Of a stretch of DNA of 64,000 bases, positions 1-13,117 are shown piece after piece. A model generated the notes under the pieces. The model was not told the origin of the DNA and searched no databases. It was given only the letters and a program-made list of their open reading frames with translations. Each line of letters opens with the position of its first letter. Positions within the stretch are counted from its first letter, which is position 1. Origin of the DNA: Marsupella aquatica (taxonomy: Eukaryota; Plantae; Marchantiophyta). Location: NCBI GenBank assembly GCA_973895155.1, contig OZ316899.1, forward strand, positions 14,759,934-14,823,933. The letters run 5' to 3'. A program made the translations under genes and the position numbers.

Positions 1-2046
1 CTCCGTCAAAGTCATTTCCAGCCTCTTTCAAATTTGGCCAATCGACACAAGTTTCTCTACTCCCCTCCAGGTGAACCACATTCCTGCCACAAATTCTTAC
101 AAGATAGCTTACTACAGCAGTAAGTTCTGCCACAAACTCCACCACATCTGTTTCACTGTGCAAAAGCTTGTTACTTACCCCAATCAGACTATCAATCCTA
201 TGGTCCAGACCTGAATGTTTCAACTGCATCAAGGGATAAACCTGCCTTTCAGGCCCTGTTCCGCTTGGGTGGGCCGATTTACAGCTCGAGAGCTCCTGCT
301 CTAAACCTGTTACTTTAGCCAATGCTTCGATAGCTTGTACTAAACTTCGGACTGTGGTAAAAAAGTCTAGACCCCTCGTACTGGTTTTGGATTCAGAATC
401 AGACAAGACAGAAGCAGAGTGCTCACTTACTTCATATCTAAGCTCTGATGAGCTTCTTGAGGACAGAGATCTTCTGACGGAATTGTTTACCTCATCAGCG
501 TATTGACTTCTTCCTTTGGTATCATACAACATAACTTCATTGGCTGCCCCTGCTCTAACGGCAATGGACTGGGCCTCCACAAGATCTTCCAGTTCTTTGG
601 TTATACTCCGATCTCTGACATTATCAGCATCGCCCTGCTTGTCACACAGCTTGTCCAATTTTTCCTGGACCTTAACCAAGGCTGCTTCGTTGGCACCGTT
701 GCGAGACTGTAAGATGGAGAGTTGTTCCTTGGCAAGCATAAGCTGTTGGCTTACTTCCCTGCACAAAGAATTGGCTTCTTCGAGCTCCGTTTCCTTGGCA
801 ATCAGTTTTTTTCCTAGAAATTCAGCAACTGCATCAAATGACTTCTCACTTGGCTCGTCTTGTGTGGTGCGAAGCTCGCCTTTCTCTGTTGCCATAGCCA
901 GCCTCTCAATCTTTGTAAAGTCATCCACGAGGTCCAGCTTGCCCATCTCAAGCTCTTTGTCTGCGCTCTTCTTGAAATCGGCCAAGTCAGCAAGAAATGC
1001 TGATGTTGAACTACAAGGATCAGCTAGTTCATTTCTCTTTCTTACACCTTCCCTTTGACGTATAAAACACAGATGGCTGGTTTCTCTCTTCGACATACCC
1101 TCAGCAGCCTCTAGTTGTTCTTCGACATTTGAGAGTTTGCTTGCTGTCTTTGCACACATGAGACGAGATGCTTGCAATTCTTCATCCCTCTTTGCTAGAG
1201 CCTCCTTCAGCAATTTCAGCTCAGTATCCATTCCCAGAAGTTCTTCAGAACGATTATCTGCATTTCTACCGGTCCCATGACTGTCACGGGAACCGTCAAA
1301 AGTTGAGTTTATTGGGTTATTCATATCTCTCGGGAATGTACAACCACTCCGACCCAAAGACCTCCTTCTCTGCAGATCGAGTCCAGTGTCATTGCTACCA
1401 AGAGCATCTACTTCAATCTTCATTTGTGCCAACGCTGCAGGCCCTGGAAGTTTCTTACGAACCAGAACCCGCAACCTCTGACATTCTGCCTCTAATTTTG
1501 AGATCTTCTTAACATTCTCTAGTTGGTTCTTGCCAGCGTTTTCAGCTACTTTTCTCTCACAATCTCTTTCTACATTTCTTATTTCTACTTCCTTGCTCAG
1601 GAGATGCAGCTCATACTTTAAAGTTGAGTTCTCTTTCTCCATGGATTGAAGCTGGGCTTGAAGAATCTTTATCTCTGTTTCCGCGCATGTTTTGGTTTCC
1701 ACGGCCTCTGCCAAGGCTTTTGCCCTCTCTCGTAGAGTGATAGACATGGCATTGACTTCAGCTCGAACGTCTAGTACCTCAGAACAAGCATCCTGTAGGT
1801 GGTGACCAGCCTCTGACAGTTTAGCTTCCATGTCCTGTCGGAGTTTGTCGTACTCACGAGTTTTTTTTATGATGGTTTCATGGATCCTGACCTCTTGTTC
1901 CTCTCGAACGTGCCTTAGTTGCCTCATACACTCTTTCAGGGCACCATCTAGATGTGAAACTCGATCCTGAGTAGCTAGCTTCTGATGTATGGCTGTGTCT
2001 AGTTGTTTCTTCGTAGCAGATGCCTCCGCCTCAGCTTTCTCCCACC
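1..2046 (-). CDS. FPP: Filament-like plant protein, large coding exon 3 (appears to run off the window)
   Basis: AG acceptor 2048-2047; (G)WEKAEAEA...VSHLDGALKECMRQLR...KLEAECQRLRVLVRKKLPGPAALAQMK are FPP/DUF869 coiled-coil motifs; spot checks found no stop, and its absence from the ORF track fits a frame that leaves the window. Confidence 0.88.
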
Positions 2047-2427
2047 CTACAGCAAGCCACATGGACACAAAATGTCCCGGACAAACACCATTAATCCTGT
2101 GCACACTAAAGGCGCGCACTCCAAGATACAAGATGCAGGAGGAAAGGGTACTGGTGCCACTACGGAATGACAAACCTACTTGAAGGATCGAACACTGTAG
2201 CGATTAAGAAGGTCAAACTACCGACTCCCAGTTCCAACCAGGACATCTCGTCAAATCTGGAACTTCACGAGAACCAATCCATACAAAACCTGCTCCCAAG
2301 TATCCTCAATCGCTATACACTAGCTCCTCAAACCTGTGACATCAGAATCTTCCCCACTTCCACTAGAAAATCTGCATATGTAAAACTGATATTAAAACCT
2401 TCCACTTCAATTTACCATAGGCTGTAC

Positions 2428-2608
2428 CTGTCACTGCTTCCTCTGCAACCTTGGCATGCTGCTTCACCAATATATCCTTGGTCGTTAACTCTGTTTGTGC
2501 AGCATTCAGTTTATCAATCAACTGCTTGAGTTTTGATTCTGAATGTTGCCATTGGGTCATGGCCTCATCAGAAACACGGGCATGGTCTGACAGAATTTTT
2601 GACACATC
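2428..2608 (-). CDS. FPP: Filament-like plant protein, coding exon 2
   Basis: AG acceptor 2610-2609, GT donor 2427-2426; encodes DVSKILSD...KDILVKQHAKVAEEAVT(G), the hallmark FPP motif; phase 1 matches exon 3. Confidence 0.9.
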
Positions 2609-3207
2609 CTGTTGTCACAGAGTCCTGACAGTCAAGTAAGGGATAACCAATGACTAAAGGTCTAAATCATTGTATCAAAGTCCTGACAGTCAAGTAATAG
2701 ATAACCAACGACAGTCGAACATCACAGCTTGCAAATTATATCAACAAAATTAAATCGTCCGCAAAACCAGTCAACGTAGACGATGAGACGTCAATTCAAC
2801 TGTAAGGGCGGATAGGACTATGGAGTTCGGCATGTGAAAGAGTCTTCAACTTATCATAAGTAGGAAAATTCCTGGCCCTGTCCCTACACCTACCCCTTCC
2901 CCTTCCCCAAAATGCATTTTGTTAGGGACTACTCCACTAGTTCTAAAATTGAAGGAAAACGGAACCCTCAGATTGGGTGTAGTTCTAAACTTGAGGGATT
3001 TGAGGGAAAAAGGAACCCTCAGATTGGGTAATCCTCTCCCCCTCGGCCCCAACACCACCCCCACCCCCCCCCCCCCCCTTCCTCCGGGCACAACAACTAC
3101 CCAAGCACATAATTACTCACGTCCTCGGGGCTCATTAAACAAAATTCACAACATCTTGCCAGACAGAATAACAGTGGGGGTAGGTAGATCTCTGCAGCCG
3201 AGCAGAC

Positions 3208-3336
3208 CTGCTCGTCAAAGAACTTGGAGTTATGAGGAGAAGCCCGAGGTGATGATTCTATCGACTCAGGGGCAGACGCAATCTTTTCCTGAGCTTTCTT
3301 CTTCCAAGGCCAATTTCGTTTAGATGTTTCTGCCAT
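3208..3336 (-). CDS. FPP: Filament-like plant protein (FPP/DUF869), coding exon 1
   Basis: ATG at 3336; MAETSKRNWPWKKK resembles the FPP N-terminal WPWKKK motif; 43 codons, then GT donor at 3207-3206 (phase 0). Confidence 0.85.
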
Positions 3337-6300
3337 GATGATCAGCAATTCTCCCAGCTAATTCAACCTGGGGAAGCAAACAATGGTAGGATTAATTTGA
3401 CAAAATAATGAATTTGATCTGATTCCTCCCGCAGGAAACAGATGGGAGCAAGTATTGGCTACGCCAAATATGAAATTAAAAGATTTACAACTTTGATCTT
3501 CTCCGTAAAGATTCTGCTTTCTGCTAAACCACACAACAGATACGACGGGCGCATGGAACTCCTACGTCAAGCTTCAGCAGTCCGGACTTCTGGTTAGTAA
3601 CCCTGGCTTCTTTTCTACCAAGTTGTAAGGAAATGCACAAGAACTGCAAGGTACACGCATTGGACACCTCCTAAGAGCAATGTTCACTAGATCTGTACTA
3701 GACAACATCTACGAGCTTCCCCGCTGTTCCCCTGGTTCTCACATTGAGTTGCTAATAATGGCCTTAGGACAACCAGGCAACAGATATTGGATCACCACAG
3801 GATTTAGGTCTATTTGCCTCATGAAGTATACAATTAGAAACTATCAGCGATAGACCGTTCCTGAAAGATTATGGGGGTGCGCTATAGCTTTCGTACATCT
3901 CACTGCTTCACAACCTTACATGTTTACGTACGGTACCAGCAATGGACCCAAAGATTCTCTGACAGAATGTAATTCGACACCTATTCTCCCTATCCCTGCT
4001 ACACGCTTCTTAAAAGTCTCCAAAAACAACTCCGACTCGTACATAGACTTGGTAACACTAAGCCGAAACAAGTGAGCATCATATCTATCGCGGAGAATAA
4101 CAGTTCATTAGACCAACTTCAAGGGAGTTATTCCCAAAGGAAAATGACCAAACGATCGTTGTCGAACCAAGATAGGCTGGTGACAATGCCCCTCTAATAC
4201 ATACATGAGCATTGACAGCCCTGAACACATTATACAACAGGTCGTCTTTCCTTATCTCTCTTCACAGAGCGCTGTTTGTGACGAAGGGAGTTAATTAGCT
4301 TTTGAAGGACAGTAACTCCAACAATCAAGTGTAATGCGCCAGACAAGTCAGGCTCGGAGTCAGAGCTAGCTTTAGTTTGATAAGATACTGAAAACGTAAG
4401 GCTCATCAAAAATACATATTCGAGCAACTATTGGTGAGGCGGAGATGTTGGCGGGAGTCAAAAAATAGCGTTCCATAGTAGACTCCATCGTAGACATCGA
4501 CGAATGCAGCTTTAACAAAAGACAATAGCTTACACAACATGTCATAATGAAAATATACTCATTCTTCCGCTGCGTTCTTCCAGAAACATCAGACAATGAT
4601 CTCTGCGTCCCTCCTCGATTTCGTCTCAAGAAAACGGCAAGTAGGTCGCTACTTGCAAAGTGCTTAACACTTGTCTTTTTCTATCGCCAAAATGGATGTC
4701 CTAAAGAATGACCTGCCCCTCGACGGGTTTTAGTCCCGACTCTCCTCACTCGACAAAATGGGGCCTAATCCACACCATTTCTGTTAGAATCGTACACAGG
4801 TATAACGCCCCAATTCATACAACCTTGCGCCGCACTAAAAGGCGTTCGGGTAGCTGCACACCGAAGTACTCCACTCTACTCTGCCAAACATCTAGACTAG
4901 GCCATGTGGAGCGCATAACAGTTTAGGTTCGTTCTCTTATGGAAAGAAACGAGGAAGCGGGCAGGGAGGAATACTTGCTGGCGAGGGCATAACTTTTATC
5001 GAGTGGGACAAAAACTAATGTTAGCCACTCTATAGCCAAGTCAAACTATCACTTGCTATATGGCGAATCTTAGGGCCGTCTTGCATGTGACAAGTCCTTT
5101 GTGTTCCGGCCCTAAACTGAACCCGTGGCATTTGTAAATGCAGCAATAGGCTGGCAGTAGTGACGGCCACTTTAGAGGATATGCAAGGGCAAGGGCCAAA
5201 AAATTTCCCGAGGTCCCAAACTTTGAACTGCAAATAAAACAAAATCGCATCTGATCCTGCCCTGTACAATTTGCGGTGCCAAAGACAAAGAAGTAAATGC
5301 GATAGGGTAAGCACGGCACACGTAAGCTCTTCTTGATTGTATTTTTCTGACATCGGTGGGCTGCTAAGGGTTGCTTTTTTCAGGACTCTTGCACATGCAA
5401 GGCAGCCCTTAGTTTCAGTCTTCCTAGTTCATTTTTGTTTTGTTATTATTTTTATTTTTATTTGGCCTATGAGGGCTGTCTTCTTTGTTATCCCATCAGT
5501 TTTGAATTTATCTTAGACCCCCTATATGTTCTTTGTTATTTCAAAATACTTTGTTTTTCTTTTTTGCACTTGTACTCCTTTCCACAATTCTTATATAATT
5601 TTTCCCTTCAAAATAATCTTGAAGTGAAATAATTGTTACCTTTTTTTACTAACCTGTCCCCCACAATGGCTGAAATTGCTAAGTACTCCCCCATTCTATT
5701 TTAATTGCTTCCTTGTCCCCCATTTCGTATGTTGGGTTTACTTAACCACAGGGGCTGACCCAAGGTCGGCTCGCATTGGTCGATTTCCACGTGGTGCAAT
5801 TGGATGCGCTTCACCCCGGTCCCAAAACTGTAACTGGGCTCTTCCCTCCCCGGGGGCACTCCCATGCAACCTTTGCTGCCAGGCCCGGCCGCTCCCCTAT
5901 CGCATCTCACGCCCTCCCGTAAGCCCTTGGCTGCCAGGCGCGGCCCTGCCCTGCCCTTGCCAATCACCAATTGCTCTCGCCCCCCCACTGCCAGCCAAAA
6001 CCCTCCCAGGGCCGACGATCCTCCTCGCCCCAAAGACCAACCCTTTTGCCAGGCCCAGGCCCGATGACCACTTTAGGCTCGCTCGGACAGCCTTTGCGTA
6101 CAGGCCCGTTCTTTCCCCCAAAAACAGTCAAATGTTTGTACATTTGAATGTGTAAACAGCCGACGACAGATAGTTGACAACAACAGACGTGGAAGGGTGA
6201 GGGCGATGGGCAACTGAACGCGGATGTCAGTGTCAGGAGGTGCAGCAATGTTGGTTTAGGCAAGGACAAGTGTGAAACGAGACGCACAGAGTTTGTGAAT

Positions 6301-6881
6301 CGTGACTCCCATGCAAATTCATTTTTCCCCGAAAAAACTCACCTGAATGTTGCCACATTTGAGCACTGTATTTCTGCGATTTCAGTCTGTAGGATCCTCA
6401 AACTGAGTTGAGGAAAGGGCGTTAGTGGGAGGGCGAGGGCAGGGGTGAAGTTATGCACGAAGGCTGGCTAGGCAAAGGACATGGCGGTCAAGCTTACCAG
6501 CCTCGTGCAAGCTTTCTTGATCTGCATTTGGGCCACCCTGAGAGTGCTTAGCACATTGTTCATGTGATCTTGAATCTTGTTGACCATGCTCAAGACTATC
6601 TGCACCGCTGTTTACAGTCATTTCATTCAAGTAGACCTGCAATCTACAACCATGAACCAAGTGCTCCAGACTTCCCGTCAGACACATTGGGTGAGCACCC
6701 GGCTGAGCAAACCCGAGAGCAGACCAATAGTAATATGCTTTCAACAACAATGAAGGTGGAGTCAATGAGGGCTGAACCAGGGACAATCGAGTATCTCCAT
6801 GGTTCACACTTGGACTCAGGTTTTAGGATGGCAAAAGAAATTGGCAAAGGGCAAGCATAGGTCCAGAATGTTCCTTGCCCC

Positions 6882-8755
6882 TATCGTGCGCATACACATT
6901 GCTACACAACACATTGAAGCATAGTCACAATCCAACATTTCAAACATAAGAAAATGGAGTCCAAATGGAACCCATGTCCACACATGTCCAAAACCCACAA
7001 TCGCCCCCCTAGCTGGGAGTAAGGTCCCCTAACTCTAGCTAGCCATGAGTTCTACAAGGTTGATATACACCTTTTTAGGTGTGAAGATCAGGAGGTTGGG
7101 TGCAAGTGAGCCCCATTGATCACCTACCTGCAATCCATATCTTCCAAGTAAACACAAGTGATAACTAGTTGGCTTCACCGACATTGAGGACACAACCATG
7201 ATCCACTAGAAATCACCTGCAATGGTGGTGTCAAACACAACATGTGCCCTCCTCTAGAACATTGATCACAAATCAACATAGTAGCTGCTCCCTGAGTAGA
7301 TCCGCACAACATACACTTCAAGCCGGCACAAACATGTGCCAAGCTTGGATCCACTATACCATCAATGTTTGGAAGATGACATAGTGCACAATTGTGCACA
7401 TGATCCTTCCAAACCATATCATCGCTTCCCTCTAAGATTAGGACACCAGAAGGCACACACAAAATGGTTTGACCTATAGTCACATCAAGGGTTGTGGGTG
7501 TTGTCTGCTACAAATAAACATAATTGTTAGGATGAATTCTTCTAATCCTCATGCAACAACCTCCTCCACGAATAGTAACATACCACAAAGTATTGCAATG
7601 TTGGGCAATACCAAGGTTGTCAAAGGCCATGGGCATAACTCTCTCAAAAACTTGTGCCCTCTTTGAACAAACCTGGACCCAAACAGCTAGATCATCCAAA
7701 TCCACAACAATTGCAACATCACAACAAATAGCCATTGGCAAATCTGGCTCTCTACCATAGAGCAAAAAGTAAGGTGAGAAGGATGCAAGTGATGCTTGCC
7801 AACTGAAACGGTAGCCCATAGCTAACCAAGGTAGTTGGAGATCCCAATCTCCCAAATGACCAACCTAAAAAACCATACTTGCACAATCCTCTCTTCATAG
7901 TTTGTATAACTCTCTCAGCCAATCCCTCTGCCTCAAGATGATCTTGAGAAGTAGTACGATGATCAATCAAAACTTGCTCACACAAACTCTCAAATTCTCC
8001 ATGGCATTTTGTGCCCTGATCAGTCAACACCTCAGTTGGTGCTCCAAAATGACTGAGTCCATGATCCAAAAATGTGGCAGCAACTCCTTCACTAGCTTTA
8101 TCTGACAACGCCACTAGCTCAATCCACTTGGATAAGTGCTCCACCATGACCAAAACATACCAACTATGTCGTTGGGTAAGGGGCAATGGACCAGCAAAAT
8201 CTAAATTCCATTGATATCCCAAACCCATGATTAGCAACAGATGCAACTAGGGAGTGGGAGCATTGAACGATGCCCGCACTCAATCACAAACCACACACTT
8301 AGCTATCAATTGTTGGACATCAATGTGCATACCACGCCACCAATACTGTGTCTACAATAAGCTATAAGTGCGCTTCACACCAAAGTGACCCAACTCCTTG
8401 TGCGCATGTCACACCGAATGTACTCGTTGTGATGGTTTTGGTACAACCAACACCTTACCATCATGTAGTACCCTCAAAAGATGGTTTCCTTCCCATCAAA
8501 ACCTCTTGGCTTGTTATAGAACCCTATCCCGCTCCTTAGCATCACCATTGCCACCAATGGAGCGGCCACGCAGATATTCCAACACTCTCACATCGTTGTG
8601 AATATCTTGTTGCCCAAAAACTACATCACCAACATCCATATGAAGACTCGTCATCTACTCCATCCAATGAAGTAGAGTCCACAGATCCACTACATGTTGG
8701 CACCCAACAAAGGAAGACAGATGCATGTCATCTTGACACCATCTCCTTATCTATC
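6882..8755 (-). mobile_element. 3' part of a degraded PHD-bearing Ty3/gypsy element (copy C, oldest of the nest)
   Basis: Integrase fragments (WNLDFAGPLPLT, LTDQG, GLAER), PHD finger CMLC..CDQC..H..C..CPQC, PPT (tcgcccccct 7001-7010 on +) followed by a single ~119-bp B-type terminal segment 6882-7000. Confidence 0.85.
7175..8755 (-). pseudogene. Integrase + PHD finger of copy C, fragmented
   Basis: ORF pieces 7175-7483, 7508-7855 and 7752-8246 align by eye to the 17912-20301 protein; stops and frameshifts present. Confidence 0.85.
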
Positions 8756-9339
8756 TGTCGTGCGGACACACATCCATACACAACTCACATTGCAGCACAC
8801 CATGTAAACAAGAAAAAGATAATCACATGACACACAACACATGTACGCCAAAATCCATGACAAATCTTTTGCAAAACGGAACCCCGCCGCAAGGTATCAC
8901 TAAGTCGAGCCAAACTCACCCGCTAGCCATGCGGGACTCCAAGTCTATACACATAGCAAAATCCTGCTAATGTTGCTCTACATGCCAACCGTCATACACT
9001 CTCTCTCTCTCTCTCACACCATAGCCACATTTACATGAGCTCTACTAGTGCCGAGAGGCTCAACTTGGAAGAATGAGGAGCTAATCCTCCATTCCCCAAG
9101 GCACAAAGACATGGTAACCTGCGTGAAGAGGTCACCCCTAACAGGTGACCTGCTATACCAAGTCATCCTCCCAAACTCATAACACATGTGCAACCAACAA
9201 AGTTGCAACCCAAATGCAACATGGGGTGACAACTGTCATATGGACACACATCCCTACACAACTCACATCGCGGCACACCATGTAAACAAGAAGAAGATAA
9301 TCACACGACACACAATACATGTACGCCAAAATCCATAAC
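8756..9339 (-). repeat. B-A-B terminal structure of copy B (B2 8756-8861, A 8862-9231, B1 9234-9339)
   Basis: Two ~106-bp direct repeats flank a 370-bp segment; junction gaca-ac-tgtc at 9228-9237; PPT gccccct at 9341-9347. Confidence 0.85.
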
Positions 9340-11098
9340 TGCCCCCTAGCTGGTGGTTAGGTCCCGCTAACTACAACTAGCCCTAAAACTAAAAGGGAGT
9401 ATACACCGTTTGGGTGCACAGATCAAGAGGTCGGGTGCAAAGGAGCCCCATCGTTAATTGCCTGCCTGCAATCTATACTACCTAATAAGTTTTATGCTAA
9501 CCTAATAAGTTTTATGCTAAGTTTTATGCCAATCTTTATCTACGATTGGGACACAACCACCATCCTTCAGGGATTGAATCAAGAGGTGGCGTCAAGCACG
9601 CCAAGTGTCAACCTCTTGAGCAACCATCACAAATCAACATGGTTGCAGCTCCTCGGGCGGATCCACACAATATACACCATAAGCCTGTAGGTATCACTGC
9701 TAGACTAGGATCTATGCTATCATCAATGTTTGGAAGGTGACAAGGTGCACAGTTGCGCACATGATCCTTCCAAACCATATCATCACGACCTTCTAAAACC
9801 AAAATGTCTGATGACAAAACCTTCTGCACTCGCAGAATAGTACGTCCGGCAATGACATCCAAGGTGGTAGGTGTTGTCTATTGCAGATATACAGTCTCCA
9901 GAATGAAATCACTTGATGCTAGGGCGATATCCTCCTCCCCGAATAGTGGCATACCTCAGAGTATCCTGATGTTGCGCAATAGCTAAGTTCTCAAACGCCA
10001 TGGGCATCACTCTCCAAAACAAGTCTGCCCATTGAGAACAAACTTGCATCCACATGTCAGGGTCATCCAACTACAACACCTCACCGGCCTCCCATTGAAT
10101 GGCTGCTGGTAAACTGTCTCCCTACCATAGAGCAGCAAATATGGGGAAAAGGATGCAAGAGATGCTTGCCTATATACTGAAGCAATATCCCATTGCCAAC
10201 TAGGGTAGTTGGATATCCCAATATATCATTCACGTGACCCTTTTGCAAGCCATACTTCCACAATCCTCTCTTCACTATCTAGAAAACTCTCTCTACCAAT
10301 CCATCTGCCTCTGGATGATCCCTAGACGTTGTACGGTGATCAATCAATGCTTGATCACACAAGGCCTGAAAATCTCCATGAAACTCAGTCCCCTGGTTAG
10401 TCGAAACCTCAGCAAGAGCACCAAAATGGCTCAATACACGGTCCAAAAAGGCATAGGCAACTCCTTCGCTACCTTTATCTGGCAATGCAACCAACTCAAT
10501 TCATTTAGAAAAGAGCTCCACCATCACTAAGGCATAACGGTTGTGACATCTAGTTAGTGGTAAGGGTCCAGCAAAATCTAAACTCCAACAATATCCCAAG
10601 CCTCATGATCGGCAAGGGATGCAGCTGCGGGGTAGGAGCATTAAATGATGCTCTCACTCTGTCACACATAGTACACCACCACACAAATTGTTGCACCTTA
10701 GCATGCATTCCATGCCACCAATATTGGGTCTGGAGTAAGTTGTATGTCCGCTTCACTCCAAAATGTCCAAGCTCTTCATGAGCATGTTGCACCAATTGTG
10801 CATGTTGGGATAAAGGAGGTACCAACCGCACCTTGGCATCATCCCAAACTCTCAACAAGTGAGATCCTTCCCATCTGAACCTCTTAGGTCGTTGTAGGAT
10901 TTGATCTCTCTCCTTGGCAGTTACCATGCCTGGCATGCTGCCCATGCGCAAATACATCACAACATCTGCATCATCATGAATATCATGTCCAATAGACTCC
11001 TCACTAGAAATCTATGGATCCATAAAGTCTGCATTGGGCCTCTCCAATGATGCCACTACACCAAGACCATCCATACTCTGCAACAAGCACAAATAAGC

Positions 11099-11462
11099 TG
11101 TCATGACCATACGTAGCTTGCTAGACTATGTAGTGTGCTAGCGGAGTCCATACCTTAGATGGGCCGTAGTGCCTAGTTAAGAGTCTGGTTCCATGGTAGA
11201 GGGTTAGAGGGGGTGCCCTGTTGAGGGTGACTCCTCTAGTAGGACCCGCCCTCAGAGTTGGAGGGTATAGTGTGGAGAGGCTCAAAGGACGGTTAGTTCT
11301 TTGAGTTGAGCCTTTGGCGTTGGGAGAGCCTTGGTAGTGAGTGGAGCTCCTTGGCTATGGTGTCCCGTTAGCTTCAACCTAGATTTTCCATTGCGGAGTG
11401 GGTTTGGCTTGACTGTGTGTGTTCTTACGTGTTTTATGACAGTATGTCTTTCACGGATTTCA
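11099..11462 (+). repeat. Terminal repeat A1 (364 bp)
   Basis: Direct repeat of 20586-20949, about 8 substitutions by eye. Confidence 0.95.
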
Positions 11463-11473
11463 CTCAAAGAACT
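11462..11473 (+). promoter_or_regulatory. Putative self-priming primer binding site (Tf1-like)
   Basis: ACTCAAAGAACT directly after A1 is the exact reverse complement of AGTTCTTTGAGT at 11295-11306, which lies ~25 nt downstream of a TATA-like gtatag; no TGG tRNA-type PBS. Confidence 0.7.
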
Positions 11474-13117
11474 CGTAGTGATCGATTGTAACTTCGATCA
11501 GAGATCAGTAGGATCTGGTAGGTTGTTTGCTAGCATCAGCCGTGGATACATTGTGGTTCGTGGATCTGGTGCGTGTATGGGTGGGGAAGAAGCGCGTTGC
11601 TGAGAGCTTTCCAACGCACTAAAGATCGCCCGGTTTGGTCGAGCGAGTTGGAAGTAATCAAAGAATGAAGAATTTGGTTCGTGTTCAACGGTTTTTCAGA
11701 TTTGGAAAGCTTGAGAGCGGAAGCTCTGTTGGAAGTCATCCAGATCGGGTGAGAGGTTTCTGATGTTGATCCTTGTTTGATACGCAACATCAATTCAATC
11801 GTGCAGAACTATTTAGCTATGGTGTGTGGAGCGAATTGTTGTTTAGAGAGGGACCGTTGCAGATTTCTGTATTGATGAATCTATGCGGAAGCACTGTCGG
11901 ATTTCAGTGCGTTGGTAGTAGATCTGGATGACAGAGTTGCAGATCTGTGTTGTGTGATCAGTGGCGCAGAAGCGCTGTCCTAGTTGTGGCTCATAGATCA
12001 TGAGCGAAAGCGCTGTGCAACTTCGGAAATGTATAGGCCAAAATGTTGTCCAATTTTTAGCTCGAAGTACAGACCTCAGTTGTAGTTGATTTCTTGTGGA
12101 GAGATAGCTATGGTGGCCAATTGAATTCTGGTCCAGATAGATTAATTTTTTGTCAAGGATTTCACGGAGTAATCAGAGGTCAAAATTTTGCGGACTAGCT
12201 CAAGGCCTCGCTATGGTGGATAGCGAACCTGCATGCTGGGGGCGCTTTGCTCGTAGCGGAGCAAGTCGGGGCGAAAGGGGCGTGTCTCGAGCATTTCTCG
12301 GCGTTTTGAGGCTTCGAGGCAACTCGTGGTAGCTCGGGGCGAGTGGGCGTGAGAGGCGGAGAAAAGGAGCAAGGGAGCAAGCAAGCAAGCTTGCTTGGGC
12401 GTGAGATAGTTTTGCAGATTTGTGAGTAGTTATGTGAGTATTGTGTTGCATAATTGGTCACCCATCTTTGCACTATTCTGCTTGCAAGACGCTTAATTGG
12501 TAGATTCTGAATTTTGCTAGTGTATAGATTGCCTTAGAGGAATTGGTGTAATATTTGGACGTTTTCCCCCACATATGCATTGTTTTAGGTTGTGTTAGGA
12601 CCCGTTTTGGGATTCCTAGCGGATGGTGGTGGATAGCGTTTCCATGCAGGTGACATTATCAAATGTTGGGAGTGCGAGGAGCACGTCATAGACTACTAGC
12701 GGAGTAGCTACATTGCGTTAGGATTGTGTGGTGTGTTTTGTGGATTCAGGGGGCGCCACGGTTGGTGGATTGTGTTACCTTGATTTCCATTTTGTATTTC
12801 ATTTGCGATTGGAGGGTTGTCGTTGGACTTCCTGTGTTTGGATCCCCTCCATTGCTGCTTCTTGCTTGCGCGCCCATTGTTAGGGCTGACGCTGATTTCC
12901 GGAGTAGTTTTACTCTAGTGTGCTGCCTGTAGTGAGGTTGGAGTGATGACCAGTCAGACTACCTATGTTTCTCTCACGGTGAGACTGGAGTAATGACCAG
13001 TAGACCATGGGAGGTTGCTTGTGGTGATGACGGGTTAGGTTGCCCACACCCATGTAGCTATTAGGGCTAGAGTAATACGGCAACATTGACGTTACTTGGT
13101 TAATTAGTGGTGGTGAT

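Noticed and set aside
503-2639. Plus-strand ORFs such as 516-1058 and 1168-1512
   Set aside because: Antisense shadows of the FPP exons; no independent motifs
2900-3090. Intronic patch with duplicated ggaaccctcagattgggt and a poly-C run
   Set aside because: No terminal repeats or TSD identified; too short to classify
5676-6860. GC-rich overlapping ORFs upstream of FPP
   Set aside because: No recognisable domain; probably old repeat remnants
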